NCBI GenBank assembly: GCA_963718235.1
Contig: CAVQYR010000001.1
Coordinates: 1,568,001 to 1,632,000, forward strand
Length of the DNA: 64,000 bases
From: an uncultured Actinomycetota bacterium
Lineage (GTDB): Bacteria > Actinomycetota > Actinomycetes > JAHEKZ01
Direction: 5' to 3'
Below the pieces are notes generated by a model. That model was not told the origin of the DNA. It saw nothing but the letters and a program-made list of their open reading frames with translations, and searched no databases. The position numbers were made by a program, and so were the translations under genes. This document shows, piece after piece, positions 62,400 to 64,000 of the stretch; positions within the stretch are counted from its first letter, which is position 1, and each line of letters starts with the position of its first letter.

Positions 62400-63845
62400 A
62401 TGCGTCGAGCCAAGATCGTTGCCACGTTGGGCCCGGCGTCCGACACCCCGGGGATGATCGGTGCGCTGGTGGAGGCCGGCGTCGACGTCGTCCGGTTCAA
62501 CCTCAGTCACGGCTCGCAGCCTGAGCACGAGTCCAACCTCCGGCACGTCCGGGCGGCCGCGGAGGCAGCCGGTCGTGCGGTGGGCGTGCTCGCCGACCTG
62601 CAGGGCCCGAAGATCCGCCTGGGCCGGTTCGCCGAGGGGCCGGCGCTGCTCAAGACCGGCGCCGACTTCGCGATCACCACCGACCCGGTCGAAGGCGACG
62701 CGCACCTGGTCGGGACCACCTACGCCGGACTCGCCGGTGACGTGGTCGTCGGCGACCCGATCCTCGTCGACGACGGCCGGGTGGCCCTGGAGGTCCAGTC
62801 GGTCGACGGCCCGGTCGTGCACACCCGGGTGGTCGAAGGGGGCACGGTCAGCGACAACAAGGGGCTCAACCTTCCCGGCGCGCACGTCAATGTCCCGGCG
62901 TTGTCCCCCAAGGACGTCGACGACCTCCGGTGGGCCCTGCGTCTGGGGTTCGACCTGGTGGCGCTGTCGTTCGTGCGCACGGCCGAGGACATCGTCGCCG
63001 TCCGGTCGATCATGGACGACGAGGGCGTCACCACCCCCGTGATCGCCAAGATCGAGAAGCCGCAGGCCGTCGAGCACCTCGAGGGCATCATCGAGGCCTT
63101 CGACGCGATCATGGTCGCCCGTGGCGACCTCGGCGTCGAGCTGCCCCTCGAGGAGGTGCCCCTGGTGCAGAAGCGCGCCGTGATGCGAGCGCGCGAGAAG
63201 GGCAAGCCCGTCATCGTGGCCACCCAGATGCTGGAGTCGATGATCGGGGCGTCACGCCCCACCCGGGCCGAGGCCTCCGACGTCGCCAACGCCGTCCTCG
63301 ACGGCGCCGACGCACTGATGCTGTCCGGGGAGACGAGCGTGGGCCGCTACCCGATCGAGGCGGTCGAGACCATGAGCCGGGTCATCACCGCGGTCGAGGA
63401 CGGCGCGCTCGACCGGATCCCCGCCCTCCAGGGAACACCGACGACCAAGGGTGGGGCGATCGCCCGGGCCGCCGTCGGCGTCGCGGACCTCGTCGACGCG
63501 AAGTTCCTGGTCGCGTTCACCGAGACCGGGCGCTCGGCCCGGGTCCTGGCCCGCTACCGCTCGACGGTGCCGCTGCTGGCGTACACGCCGGTGCCCCAGG
63601 TGCGGCAGGTGCTGTCCCTGACGTGGGGGGTCGAGTCGTTCCTGGTCGACCCGGTGACCCACACCGACCAGATGGTGCGCCAGGTCGACCGCCACCTCAT
63701 CGACTCCGGCCGCTGCCGGGTGGGGGACCACGTCGTGATCGTGGCCGGGAGCCCGCCCGGAATCCCCGGGTCGACCAACGCCATGCGCGTGCACCGGATC
63801 GGCGACGCCGTGGGTCGGGTGGCGGCGGCCTACGCGGAGGACTGA
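62400..63845 (+). CDS. pyk: Pyruvate kinase
   Basis: RRAKIVATLGP, RFNLSHG, DLQGPKIR, AKIEK, MVARGDLGVE, ATQMLESM, MLSGET. Confidence 0.97.
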   Translation: MRRAKIVATLGPASDTPGMIGALVEAGVDVVRFNLSHGSQPEHESNLRHVRAAAEAAGRAVGVLADLQGPKIRLGRFAEGPALLKTGADFAITTDPVEGDAHLVGTTYAGLAGDVVVGDPILVDDGRVALEVQSVDGPVVHTRVVEGGTVSDNKGLNLPGAHVNVPALSPKDVDDLRWALRLGFDLVALSFVRTAEDIVAVRSIMDDEGVTTPVIAKIEKPQAVEHLEGIIEAFDAIMVARGDLGVELPLEEVPLVQKRAVMRAREKGKPVIVATQMLESMIGASRPTRAEASDVANAVLDGADALMLSGETSVGRYPIEAVETMSRVITAVEDGALDRIPALQGTPTTKGGAIARAAVGVADLVDAKFLVAFTETGRSARVLARYRSTVPLLAYTPVPQVRQVLSLTWGVESFLVDPVTHTDQMVRQVDRHLIDSGRCRVGDHVVIVAGSPPGIPGSTNAMRVHRIGDAVGRVAAAYAED

Positions 63846-64000
63846 GGGGACGACTCAGCGGAAGGCTGGGCGGAAGGCTGGGCGGACCGGGACGAGGCGT
63901 CGGCCGGCGGTCGCGGCTCGCGCCACATCGTGGTCACCGAGGGGCCGTCGTCGGGCAGCTGGAAGCGTCCAGTCACCTCGAAGCCGACTCCGCGGTAGCG
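63830..64000 (-). CDS. 3' end of a probable GNAT acetyltransferase (partial)
   Basis: RYRGVGFEVTGRFQLPDDGPSVTTMWREP resembles the GNAT C-terminal Y-x-x-x-GF motif; TAG at 63832-63830 overlaps the pyk end. Confidence 0.5.
   Translation of the reverse strand, partial: RYRGVGFEVTGRFQLPDDGPSVTTMWREPRPPADASSRSAQPSAQPSAESSPQSSA

Noticed and set aside
62376-62400. Absence of gltBD between the VIT1 gene and pyk
   Set aside because: Ordinary synteny variation; the genes may lie elsewhere in the genome

Overview
High-GC actinomycete chromosomal core region, probably from a long-read assembly or MAG, since many 1-nt indels break conserved genes and they cluster at 50.5-52.6 kb. From left to right: (1) a LexA-boxed four-gene cassette, DUF6504-like / SAV_6107-like HEPN / dnaE2 / dinB; (2) DUF3040 and a MoxR-DUF58-transglutaminase operon divergent from the dcw cluster; (3) the dcw cluster (mraZ, mraW RNA motif, a 54-aa membrane ORF missed by the ORF track, rsmH, ftsL, ftsI, murE, murF, mraY, murD, ftsW, murG, murC, ftsQ, ftsZ, yggS, sepF, yggT, divIVA); (4) a type-2 ileS under an Ile T-box, DUF167, a DksA/TraR protein with 18 KKAPV repeats, lspA, an RluA-family gene, an aldo/keto reductase and dnaE; (5) his and trp genes, MauE/DoxX, DsbA, lgt, VIT1 and pyk. 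No mobile elements, CRISPR arrays, rRNA or tRNA genes were seen. The best candidate for an under-described system is the SOS cassette. It has no imuA/imuB in the window. Its DnaE2 keeps a clamp-binding-like motif and has a non-canonical C-terminal tail, and it sits with an intact DinB, a stand-alone protein resembling the ImuB C-terminal module, and a HEPN protein with a degenerate catalytic motif. All family assignments come from motif recognition by eye; no searches were run.
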